Shown piece by piece: positions 53,900-64,000 of a stretch of DNA of 64,000 bases (positions are counted from its first letter, which is position 1; the number at the start of each line of letters is the position of its first letter). The notes under the pieces were generated by a model. That model saw only the letters and a program-made list of their open reading frames with translations, was not told where the DNA came from and ran no database searches. Source of the DNA: Octopus sinensis (lineage: Eukaryota); assembly GCF_006345805.1 (NCBI RefSeq), contig NC_043010.1, positions 8,122,001-8,186,000 on the forward strand, in the 5' to 3' direction. A program made the position numbers and the translations under genes.

Positions 53900-54285
53900 G
53901 GTACTACTAGCGAACAGTGGTCCCAGTGCGCGCACTCGCACATCCGTGCGTGCTAACTAGTCGAAAGTAGCCGATCCTACGACTTTTTAACCCACACCCC
54001 AAACCTAATTTTTTTAACCCTAACCGTAGTTGGTTTATAAAATTAATTTACTTTGTTCGAAAAATATTTCAATTGTGTAAAAAATTATATACATCGTTTT
54101 AAAAAATAATTTATTTACTTAGTTTAAAAAATTATTTTATTTACTTTCTTCTAAAAATATTTAATTTTCTTTGATATGTATTCAGCCTTGAAATACAAAC
54201 ATATGCGCAAGTCGTCGTAGGATTGACTACTTACGACTAGCTAGTGTGAGTGCGCGCACCGGGACCACTGTTCGCTAGTAGTACC
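53900..54285. mobile_element. MITE with long TIRs, GG termini and 8-bp TSD (Merlin-like)
   Basis: GGTACTACTAGCGAACAGTGGTCCC(A/G)GTGCGCGCACTC at both ends, inverted. Flanks CTATTTCT / CTTTTTCT. Confidence 0.85.
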
Positions 54286-55038
54286 CTTTTTCTCATTTCT
54301 CCGCCCCTATAAATCTTAAATTCTCTACATTAGTAGTGTTAATCTATTTATCTTCTACAATTACTATTAAGGAATTAACCAATTCAGTCAAGGCCAGTTT
54401 GACCTTTCGTACTTTCCAGGGTTGATAAAATAAAGTACCAGTCAAAGGCTGTGTTAATTTTATCATCTGTCCTTTAAATTAAAAATAAATTCTTACTGAG
54501 TAAGATTCCCTTTTACTTCAAAATGAATTTTTATAAAGTCAAGTTTAATTAACCTCAAAGTGAAATTTCAAAAAGCTCCTTTTTTTTTTTTTTTCACATT
54601 TTCTAGAAACCAAGGGTTGCAGGGCTCAGGTCCTTCTCATGGTTGCTACTGAAAATGGGACATAGTAGTAACAACAGTTACTATTATATTCGGCTCTATT
54701 TCTTACTGTAGCACATATAACTAATTTCTAAGACTGATTTGAACTCACAATATAAAGGGCCTTAACTAGATAATTGTTTCTAACTTAGGCACAAGGCCAG
54801 CAACTTTTTTTGGGAGAAGGGATTAGTTGAAACCATAAAACTCAATGCTTGACAGATATTTTATTTTATCAACCTCAAAGGGATGAAAGGCAAAAGTGAA
54901 TATGAGACAGTTCAACACAGCTATCTTGGTGCCACCTAAGATTCCTAATTTTTTAGCCCTAACCTCAGTTGGTTTGCATATTTCTGTCCATATTTAGCAT
55001 CAGGTATTTTAATGTTTCTCTCATTCTCTTCTTTCTCA

Positions 55039-55074
<36 letters not shown>

Positions 55075-55479
55075 TTGTAAGCATCTAGTCATGTTTGCAT
55101 GTATGTGTAATGTTTCTCTCTCTCTCTCTGTATGTGTGTGTATCTGTACGCGTTCATGTTTGCTGCCAGCGCCAAAATGGTCTGTGCCAAAACAGGTTGA
55201 AAGGCCAGTTAGCCGTGCCAAAATTATCAGCGCCCAAACAGCTGCACCCAATTGTCTTATAGCGGGCAAAATTGACGTCAGTGGTATTTGAATTCAGAGT
55301 GTAAAGAGCTAGAAAATTATGCAAGGGCCTTATAAATATTCAGACTGTTTGGGATAAGGACACCTACCTTCTCTTCGTCGACAGAGACCTCCCCAGTGGT
55401 AATGCACCCTTCAACGCGGCCCGACCCGAACGCTAGAAATAGCAGCTGTTTTTTCCCTACCTTAACAAAGCGCTCATAC

Positions 55480-55695
55480 ATCCAACTCCGTCGGTTACCT
55501 CGATCGAAAGGCAATTCTGCCCTGTTTGCGCGAGCATCACTCCTGCCCCTTCCTCCTCCCGTCAGCTCCCCAGCTGCTGACGTCATCCCACAGTAAACTG
55601 GAGCAACGTGAAGTGAAGACGAACTACCTACTCCAGGAATCGAACTTTCGACATAATGGTAATGAACCAAACACCCGAATCACTGAACCACGTAA
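55480..55695 (-). mobile_element. Diverged, CpG-retaining tRNA-derived SINE (family D/E)
   Basis: Minus strand GTGGTTCAGTGATTCGG (A box-like), GTTCGATTCCTGG (B box) and CACGTTGCTCCAG. Tail 14-mer ACTCCGTCGGTTAC is shared with family D. Confidence 0.55.
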
Positions 55696-55841
55696 GTTCT
55701 ATAAAACAGAACTCAGTGATACAAAAAGATGAAATGGTCATGAAAATACGTTTGCTCGCATCACTGTTTGATCAGGACTGAGCCAGAGCAAAATAACAAA
55801 ATTTATACCAATTCTTAAGACTTATAAGAAGCATTAAGTCA

Positions 55842-56627
55842 TCTCTTATATAAAATCCGTTCTGTCTGTCTGTGTGTGTGTGTGTGTGTCTTCTCAGATC
55901 TCAGGCATCCTCCATCTGATTGCGCTCAAATTTGATATGTAGATACCGACGGTATCAGGGCGTGTATAAGTCTTGAAAAAATTACAAAAATCGATTCCAG
56001 GTGAGAATGCTGATCGATAAAGCCGTTTTTGTCCTGCTTTTCTTCCGTCAACCTGTACATAACTGCACCTTCCATTTTTTGTTGCTTTTGTACTGCTTAC
56101 AAGCACGTTTCTTTCCTGCCAAGATTACTGTTTAGACCAGTGCTTTTCAAACTTTTTGCTGGAGCGGAACCCCAAGGAAACATTCCACTGGCTCGAGGAA
56201 CCCCTGTGCAATAATTTAATAGTCTTATGCACACATATCTGCACAGAAGATTTTAAAATTACTGCCGATTTTAGCAGTTTTGTAACTTCTTGCGGAACCT
56301 CTGGACTGTACTGGCGGAACCCTGGTTGAAAACCACTGATTTAAACCATGTTTGTGTTCTCCCAGTCAACAGCCTTATCATTTACTGGTACGTTAAACTC
56401 TTCGGTTGCACAAATTGTATGAATAAAATCGTTTTTCTTTGGAATAGAAAAAAAAAGTCTATCTTTATTTCTTCTTTTGCTGGTGTCTCAAATTTAGGTT
56501 AAATCAGTGTTTCTCAAAGGGGAGGCCTATGGGACTGTCGGACAAGTTGTTTTGAGAAAATTTGGTTTAAATGTTCGACAACTCAGCGCCGTCCATTGGA
56601 CGTGGGGGGGGGGGGGCGTTTTTCTCG
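55842..56627 (+). mobile_element. Non-autonomous Helitron-like element, family 2, with a nested hAT MITE
   Basis: A|TCTCTTATATAAAAT 5' end, internal (TG)n, perfect hairpin CGTCCA-T-TGGACG (56590-56602), CTCG|T end. Confidence 0.55.
56138..56338 (+). mobile_element. hAT-type MITE (same family as 24677-24884)
   Basis: Same TIRs; flanks GTTTAGAC / ATTTAAAC (degenerate 8-bp TSD). Confidence 0.88.
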
Positions 56628-57441
56628 TTCTATAATACTTCTGCTATGTGTGACAATGATTCAACTTCAAGTCATGCACTGAAGTAGGTGCATATCCTCT
56701 TTAAATTGGGAACAATATTTCTGCTTTTACTGTCTTTGAACAGAGCCAACGCAGACGTGTAGTTTATGTTAAAGCTACAATTCAGTACAGACACGCCTTT
56801 TTGATTAGTCATATCCATTGTTCCACATTTTACTTCGTTTATGTTTTTGAGTCTATAAAAATCTTTGACGTTTGGGAAAATGGCAAACAATTTCGGAATT
56901 AATGATGAAGAGTAGATAAAACCGAGACACAGAAAAATGCAGAAAATGGATTCTTTATTGGTTCAAATCCCGACGGTTTTGAGTTTACATTTCATTTTGT
57001 CTCTTTATTGTCGATAAAATAAGACGCCAATAAAATAACGAAGTCAATTCAATCACGCAGACTCCTCTGTGACAATTATCGTTTTTTAGCTTAATTAAAA
57101 GAAATTACGATGTAGTTGGGGAGATAAATAGATACTTGTGACGCTCACCACTTTTACAAATCCAATAGCGACGCAATTTAATCGATTCCAACAAAGAATC
57201 GAAACCGAGTTGTAGACGCGATATACCGTTAAGTTAACTACACAACACATCGTCTGCTATGCAATATCAAAGTAATTTCTCAGTGTAGAGATCGGTTTAC
57301 CACAAATGCGAAATTAACGAAGAAGTCGGATCAATGAAACTAAAAACGAAAATCAATACGAATGTCCAACCTAAAATATCACCCACTAACTGAAAGAAAA
57401 AAACTCAACCAAACATAATACGACGAATTTCTTCTGTCTTG

Positions 57442-57454
57442 GTCGCTAGGCAAC
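57442..57454. promoter_or_regulatory. RFX X-box (GTCGCTAGGCAAC) at the edge of a CpG-rich unique segment
   Basis: Matches the GTYNCY-N1/2-RGYAAC X-box pattern; the adjacent 56900-57440 is unique and CpG-rich. Confidence 0.5.
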
Positions 57455-57917
57455 AAAGTAGTGGTCTTTAGTCTTAATAATTATTGTATAGTTTGGTGAA
57501 GTTCAGAGTTCAGTTCATGCATAGTTTAAGTTCTTTCCTTAGTTACAATGTAAATCAATCTCTGCGGTACCAACAGATTACCGATGTAAATGACCGACAT
57601 CTATATCATATCAGAAACTTCGAGGGTCACGAATTAGCAGAGTCGTTAAATTCTCACAGCATTTGTTCTGGTCCTCTGTGCTCAGAGTTCAAATCCCGCT
57701 GATGCAAGCTTTGCCTTTCTTCTTTTTGGCGTTGCTTAAAAAAAAAAAAAACTAAACAAAGTACCGTAATTGTCGGCGTACAAGATACACTTTGGAATAA
57801 GGTGCATCCCTAAATCTTTGTAGAAATAGAGTATATAGTGTAGAAAATACAAATTTAGTAGGATTCATCATCAACTCATCCACTCGATATCCCGTCCATA
57901 ACACGGTCACATTAGAC

Positions 57918-58136
57918 CAGTGGTTTTCAACCAGGGTTCCTCGGAACCTTAGGGTTCCGCCAGTACAGTCCAGGGGTTCCGCAAGAAGTTACAAAACTGC
58001 TAAAATCGGCTGTAATTTTTAATTCTCCTGTGCAGATATGTGTGCATAAGACTATTAAATTATTGCACAGGGGTTCCTCGAGCCAGTGGAATGTTTCCTT
58101 GGGGTTCCGCTCCAGCAAAAAGTTTGAAAAGCACTG
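57918..58136 (-). mobile_element. hAT-type MITE (same family, reverse orientation)
   Basis: Perfect 8-bp TSD CATTAGAC (57910-57917 and 58137-58144). Confidence 0.92.
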
Positions 58137-58382
58137 CATTAGACTCATAGCAATATTTTTGTTAAACTTAGGAATAATAAAAAACAGCGTGTCTCATACA
58201 CTGACATATACATATGATTTACTACCATTCAAGAGCAGTGGGTTAACGGAACGGTAAGAATATTGGACGGAAAGTCGTACTGAATTTGTTCCCAGGATGG
58301 CCTATATGATGTTACACTTAAACCGTCACCCGGTTTAACAGCAACAGCTATCACGCGAGTCCACTTTGCGTATATAATTAAA

Positions 58383-58777
58383 CTAGCACTATCGCTCGGC
58401 GTTGCTCGGGTTTATAAGGGAAATAACTATATAAGCATTTTTAGAGATGTAAAGTATAATAGCCATCTCAATATGGCTAACCACAAGGGGGGGGGTTACT
58501 GTAGCTTTTTAGGTGCTGAGATTTAATAATAAATTTTTAGAGAGTTACTTCCCTTATATATGCCAAAAATGCATTAAAAATGGGAAAAAATGATGGTGAA
58601 TTTTTTTTTAAATCGTAGACTCATCGTAGACGCGCGCTAATACCCAGAAGGGCTCGATATGAATCACGACTATAAGATACCCGGTTTTGGTTAAACTGCA
58701 CCGCAAAATGTGGGAGTAGTTAGGAATCTAAATCGTAGGAGACAGACAGCACACAACCTCACTTTTATATATAGAGA
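58383..58777 (-). mobile_element. Non-autonomous Helitron, family 1
   Basis: Reverse complement of 43795-44195, with A|TC and CTAG|T ends. Confidence 0.88.
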
Positions 58778-59719
58778 TATTTAGAAGCCAATACGCCATT
58801 GAGTTTCCCCCACCCCCACCACTGCAATACGTCTTATTCAGGCTGATACAGCAGACCCAAAAGTGCCAAGCCCATAAAAACGTCACCCCAGACATGTTTG
58901 TGCAGAATACTGGAAATGGACGACATTCATTTACAACAGCCATGTCATATCAAGACAAAGATAGAGAAGTATACACATGCTCAAATACACACACATATGT
59001 ACCCTCATCATAATTCTGGAGCAGAATCAGTGTGGTACAATATGTAACAAAGGTGTGTTTTTGATTACAAATACACATCACTCGTTGGGCTTTTATGCAG
59101 TTTCTCATGACCCAATTTCACTGACAAAGTATGGATCAACTCAGGTCTACAGAAAGTAGCATTTACCCTGTCGAATTCTCCAATGCATACTAGGACTTCA
59201 ACGGAACTTTTCCTTTCTCCTTAAATCTTATTTCATGATGGTTGCCACTGTCAGTTCCAAGCAATCTTTCCGCCGCTGGAAAGCTACAGAGATAGCCGAC
59301 GAGGAACTGACACAGGAGTTGCTAGTCTTGATTCCATGTTCTTGTCGTCGAAACACTCCCAAAATGCTACACACCAGAATCGAATCGCGGACTTCGTGGT
59401 TGCGGAACAATCTGTTTAACCATTCAACCAACGTATTTATAACAGCTATTATTTGAAGTTAGTGAAAATACCACTTAGAACTTCGATTATAAGTCATGTA
59501 GTACCTATAGACAATCCACTACAAATTTCAAATACTCCAGTATGGTTTTAGAACAATTCTAGTGTAATTTAGGGCATTCTGTAATTATTTTGAATATAAC
59601 TTGAAATGAGAATGTGAGGGCTCGTTCCATATCTATTCGTCCTTCACAAAATTCATATTCGTAACTTGCTTTCACAAGCATTGTAAATGCATTAGATACT
59701 ATACTACAAATCAACTATA

Positions 59720-60137
59720 TGTTTCTTTATTACCCACAAGGGGCTAAACATAGAAGGGACAAACAAGGACAGACATAGGTATTAAGTCGATTACATCGAC
59801 CCCAGTGCGTAACTGGTGCTTAATTTATCGACTCCGAAAGGATGAAAGGCAAAGTCGACCTCGGCGGAATTTGAACTCAGAACGTAACGGCAGAGGAAAT
59901 ACGTATTTCTTTATTACCCACAAGGGGCTAAACACAGAGGGGACAAACAAGGACAGACAAACGGATTAAGTCGATTACATCGACTCCACTGCGTAACTGG
60001 TACTTAATTTTATCGACCCCAAAAGGATGAAAGGCAAAGTCGACCTCGGCGGAATTTGAACTCAGAACGTAACGGCAGACGAAACACGGCTACGCATTTC
60101 ACCCGGCGTGCTAACGGTTCTGCCAGCTCGCCGCCTT
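59720..60137 (-). mobile_element. tRNA-derived SINE family B, tandem dimer with 20-bp TSD
   Basis: Units start at 59720 and 59904. TSD TACTACAAATCAACT(A/C)TATG at 59702-59721 and 60137-60156. Confidence 0.92.
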
Positions 60138-61059
60138 ACTACAAATCAACTCTATGTTATCAAGACTAGGCAGAGCTGTAAAAGAAAAAATAAAATAAAA
60201 ACTCAGACTCCTCTAATCCATGTAGTTATATGTAATTGAATGCTATTTCATTATTTAATGCGTCCGTATGTGTTTGAAGTTTGATCTTTGTTTGCACATT
60301 CTATAGAAGTATTTAACGTATGCTGTTAATTTGATTAGAAAAACACAAACAAAAACTCACACATTCACCCACACTATGCACTTATCACACAAACACGCAC
60401 ACACATATATATAATATCTTGCCTAAATTTGCATATGATTACTGAGGGTCAGTGTGATGTGTCACATAATTTGAATTTCTGCTTATAGAAACTTTGATAT
60501 ATTGACTTGCTGGTTTGTATGATGCTGTAATTGCCAGATTTTCATATTAAAGAAATTTAATTAATTTTTACTCTTTTTTTTCCTTGAAAGAAAAGAGATG
60601 TTACATAATGCCTACTTGAGTTGGAGTTTTGCTCCTCTCTGGTTGTGGTTAGAGCATGAAATGTGTGTATGTGTGTTCGTTTATGGAAATTAAACAAAGT
60701 ATTTATATTAAGAACACTATATTATACGTATAGTAGTGTTCTCAGTTGAAAATCAGCAGCAAATAAGTTCTGACAAGAGTTTAGGACATCGGATTGCAAA
60801 TAGATCCTTGTGGTATAGAATCGGAAGTGTAGGGACACCAACAAACTCTGAAGCACGTAAGAGAGTGGAGCGAGAGAGAACTCTGTAAATCGTAACTCGG
60901 AGAGGGCAACCGTGGGGCGATGTGTCCCGAGTTATGCTTTTAATAGGGTGACACTTTTGGATCCGCTAAACAAGCCTGAGTAGGATAATGCCAGGTAAGG
61001 GAACGTAACGGCAAACACAAAGAATACCCTGGGTGGCACACACTCGAGTTACACCAATA

Positions 61060-61533
61060 GCTATAATAGAAAGGTCTGAAAGGAATATCACCTCAATAGA
61101 CGTCATTGATTGGTTGAAATTTCTGAAATGCAAGAAGCGTCTGCTATATTTCTTTATCAATATCGATAACGCAGCAATGCTGGGATTTCATTGGTTAAAA
61201 TTCGAAGATGTTGGGACTTCATTGGTCAAAATTCGTAAAAATTAAACTACGTTTAAGTTACGAATAATAATTTTGTTTTCAATTTTGTTTACAATAATGT
61301 TTTCTTTTGACACATTCTACCAGTATACGAAGTTTTAAATTTTTTAGTTAACTAGGAAAATCTGGCCTTCAAATTGAAAAGATCCCAAATATCTTACAAA
61401 CTACAGAATTTTCTCAAGAAAGCCAAGAGAAAAAGATGTTTTTTTAAACACATTCGACCAGTATACGAAGTTTAAAATTTTTTACTTACAAAGAAATTAT
61501 TTTAAAAATCTGCTGGTCAAAGCGAAAAGATCC
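61060..61533 (-). mobile_element. Rearranged relative of the 62321-62758 MITE
   Basis: Shares CCTCAATAGACGTCATTGATTGGTTGAAATT and ACCAGTATACGAAGTTT blocks in inverted orientation; ends CGAAAAGATCC. Confidence 0.7.
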
Positions 61534-62030
61534 AGGAATATCTTAACCCGAATGATACAAGAGTTGTGAGGCGTCCTTTTTATAAAGCGGTCTGGTAGAA
61601 AACCTTATGCTACATCAGTAAACTGTCACTATCATGTATGTAAGTTTGTATATATATTCGTTAACATAAGTGGTAACGTTTTTGCTAAAACAATCTCTTA
61701 TACCTAAACATCGAACCACTCAATTCTCGTGTAAGAGTGGAACTGTTCTTGTTGTTGTTGGTCAACAAAAGTGAGTCAAGCAAAGGAATATGCATTGGCT
61801 AGAAGAGTCAAGGGCAAACTCCAACCCGCAAGATTTCTGAATTAGCTCGAATTTTTTTAGTTGTGTGGACGGCCTGATGCGCCGTGTCTCAAGCGGTCCA
61901 CTCCTTGAAAAAGGTTGCCATATCTGGTGCTCGAGTCCAAACACAAGTAGCAGTAGTATCATCCGAACTCATAGCCATGTGATTGTTCGTCCAGAACCTT
62001 CACATTACAATGATTATTATACTTCAGTTT

Positions 62031-62320
62031 AAGGTGGTAAGCTGGCAGAAGCGTTAGCGCACCGGGCGAAATGTTTAGTGGTATTTCGTCTGTCGTTACG
62101 CGCTGAGTTCAAATTCCGCCGAGGTCGACTTTGCCTTTCATCCTTTCGGGTTCGATAAATTAAGTACCAGTTACGCACTGGGGTCGATGTAATCGACTTA
62201 ATCCGGTTGTCTGTCCCCTCTGTGTTTCGCCCCTTGTGGGTAGTAAAGAAATAGGTATTTCGTCTGCCGCTACGTTCTGAGTTCAAATTCCGTCGAAGTC
62301 GACTCTGCCTTTCATCCTTT
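62031..62320 (+). mobile_element. tRNA-derived SINE family B (second unit interrupted by a MITE, resumes at 62759)
   Basis: Head AAGGTGGTAAGCTGGCAGAA; body continues CATCCTTT...GTCGATAAATTAAG after the insertion. Confidence 0.85.
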
Positions 62321-62758
62321 GGATCTTTTCGGTTTGAACGGCAGTTTTTTAATATAATTTCCACGTAACTAGACATTTTAAAACTTCGTATACTGGTAGA
62401 ATGTGTTTATAAAACATCTTTTTCTCTTGGCTTTATTGAGAAAATTCTATACTTTGTAAGATATTTGTTGTTGTTTTTTCTTCAATTTCTGCAATTTCAA
62501 CCAATCAATGACGTCTATTGAGGTAAAAAAACATTCTGTGCCGTATGAATATGTCCCTCGTTTAAGAAACAGATTGGGTTTATTTACATTAGTGAAGAAA
62601 AAAAGATACCCTTCCCCCCACCCCTAACCCTAACCCTAACTAACCCTAACCCTAAAATAAATTGAAATGCAATAGATCGATACTAGGGTCATAATTATGG
62701 GTGACAATTTCATATGACACCGCTAGAAAAAAAACTGCCGTTCAAACCGAAAAGATCC
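62321..62758. mobile_element. 438-bp MITE with GG termini and perfect 8-bp TSD, carrying (CCCTAA)n
   Basis: TIR GGATCTTTTCGGTTTGAACGGCAGTTTTT, inverted at the right end. TSD CATCCTTT (62313-62320 and 62759-62766). Confidence 0.92.
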
Positions 62759-63364
62759 CATCCTTTCGTGGTCGATAAATTAAGTAGCAGTTGCGTACTG
62801 GGATCGATCAAATCGATTGACCCCCCTATCCAAAAATTTTGGGCCTTGTGCTTAGAGTAGAAAGGATTATACTTCAATTTTTTTTTTGATACTCCTCATC
62901 ATAATGATGAAACGATGATGATGACGACGAGGAGGTAGTAGTAGTGGTGGTGGTGGTGGTGGTGGTGGTGGTGGTGGTGGTGGTTGTGGTAACGATGCAC
63001 ATTCCCGAGAGCATTGTTCAAGTATCGAGCTGAGATGTCTTCTGAGTCGGGTACGTTAAAACTCGCTGTGTTGCCGAAAAGTAAATAGCTTGTTTTTCAA
63101 AAGAGGGGGAAAAAAAGCGTACTAGCTCACCTCAGAGTGCAGACTCTATTAACCTGCCTATCAACGTTATTGACACAGAAAGATACAACTCAACATTACA
63201 ATTCACTGTAGACATATGTGTATGCATGCATGCATATATATATAGGTATGTATAATAGTTCTTTAACAGTGGTAGGATGTATCGAAAATATATTTTACAT
63301 AATGCAAACATGAACTGGAATAGAACTCAATAATATGGTTAGAATGGCTAGATACAGATTTATT

Positions 63365-63630
63365 GATATGTATTTTTATCAACTTTGATATATATACATA
63401 CATATACATATACATATATGCATACACATATATATATATTTGTACATATATACACACATATATACACACATATATATATGTACATAAATACACATATATA
63501 CACATATATACACACATATATATATATATGTACATATATACACATATATGTGTACATATATACACATATATATGTACATATATACATACACACACATACA
63601 CATTCACACTCACACATACACGCACACATT
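63365..63630. repeat. (AT)n/(AC)n compound microsatellite
   Basis: Directly visible. Confidence 0.95.
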
Positions 63631-64000
63631 TTTATTAACTTTTACGAAAGATTGACGTTGAAGTTTGGTCTTGCTCTGATGACCTTTTCCTTATGAAAGT
63701 TAATAAAGTGTGTACTTTACTAAAAAGTATTGAGTAAATCCTTCCTGTTTAATGTTAAATTGTTTTCATTTGTAACTTGACATAAAAGCACGCATTAGTG
63801 TGTGTGTGTGTGGTGTGTGTGTGTGTGTGTGTGTATGAGAGAGAGACATAGAACAAATTAGTCTTCAAATTCGACTTCAAAAAAATGTTCGATGGGTGCT
63901 GTAATTTACTTTCCATTATAAATTTGGAATTAGGAAATCTATATAGAAAGTTCAGAAATCAAAATAATGTCTTTTTTAAAACAAAGAAGCCACACACACA

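Noticed and set aside
55590-55697. Apparent plus-strand first exon MVMNQTPESLNH|GTAAGT, suggesting a bidirectional promoter
   Set aside because: It is the antisense of a decayed SINE head (A and B boxes on the minus strand), and no compatible downstream exon was found.

Overview
AT-rich, repeat-dense eukaryotic DNA, almost certainly from an Octopus-type coleoid cephalopod (inferred from the protocadherin style and the SINE/RTE repeat families). The one certain gene is a minus-strand protocadherin. A single 2,385-nt exon (4966-7350) encodes the signal peptide, 6 cadherin repeats, TM helix and proximal tail. A probable non-coding first exon and promoter lie at ~16.2-16.45 kb. Its downstream exons were not found and are probably left of the window. 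A second minus-strand terminal coding exon at 19846-20123 has no ectodomain exon in the 44 kb upstream; a phase-compatible partner exon may lie at ~25.1-25.25 kb. The rest is microsatellite, tRNA-derived SINEs (some as TSD-flanked concatemers), RTE/CR1/Penelope remnants, hAT, piggyBac and Merlin-like MITEs, and non-autonomous Helitrons. CpG content rises sharply at ~55 kb, with a candidate RFX-box promoter at ~57.4 kb. Almost all short ORFs in the track are repeat artefacts. All coordinates and counts were done by hand; no database search was possible.
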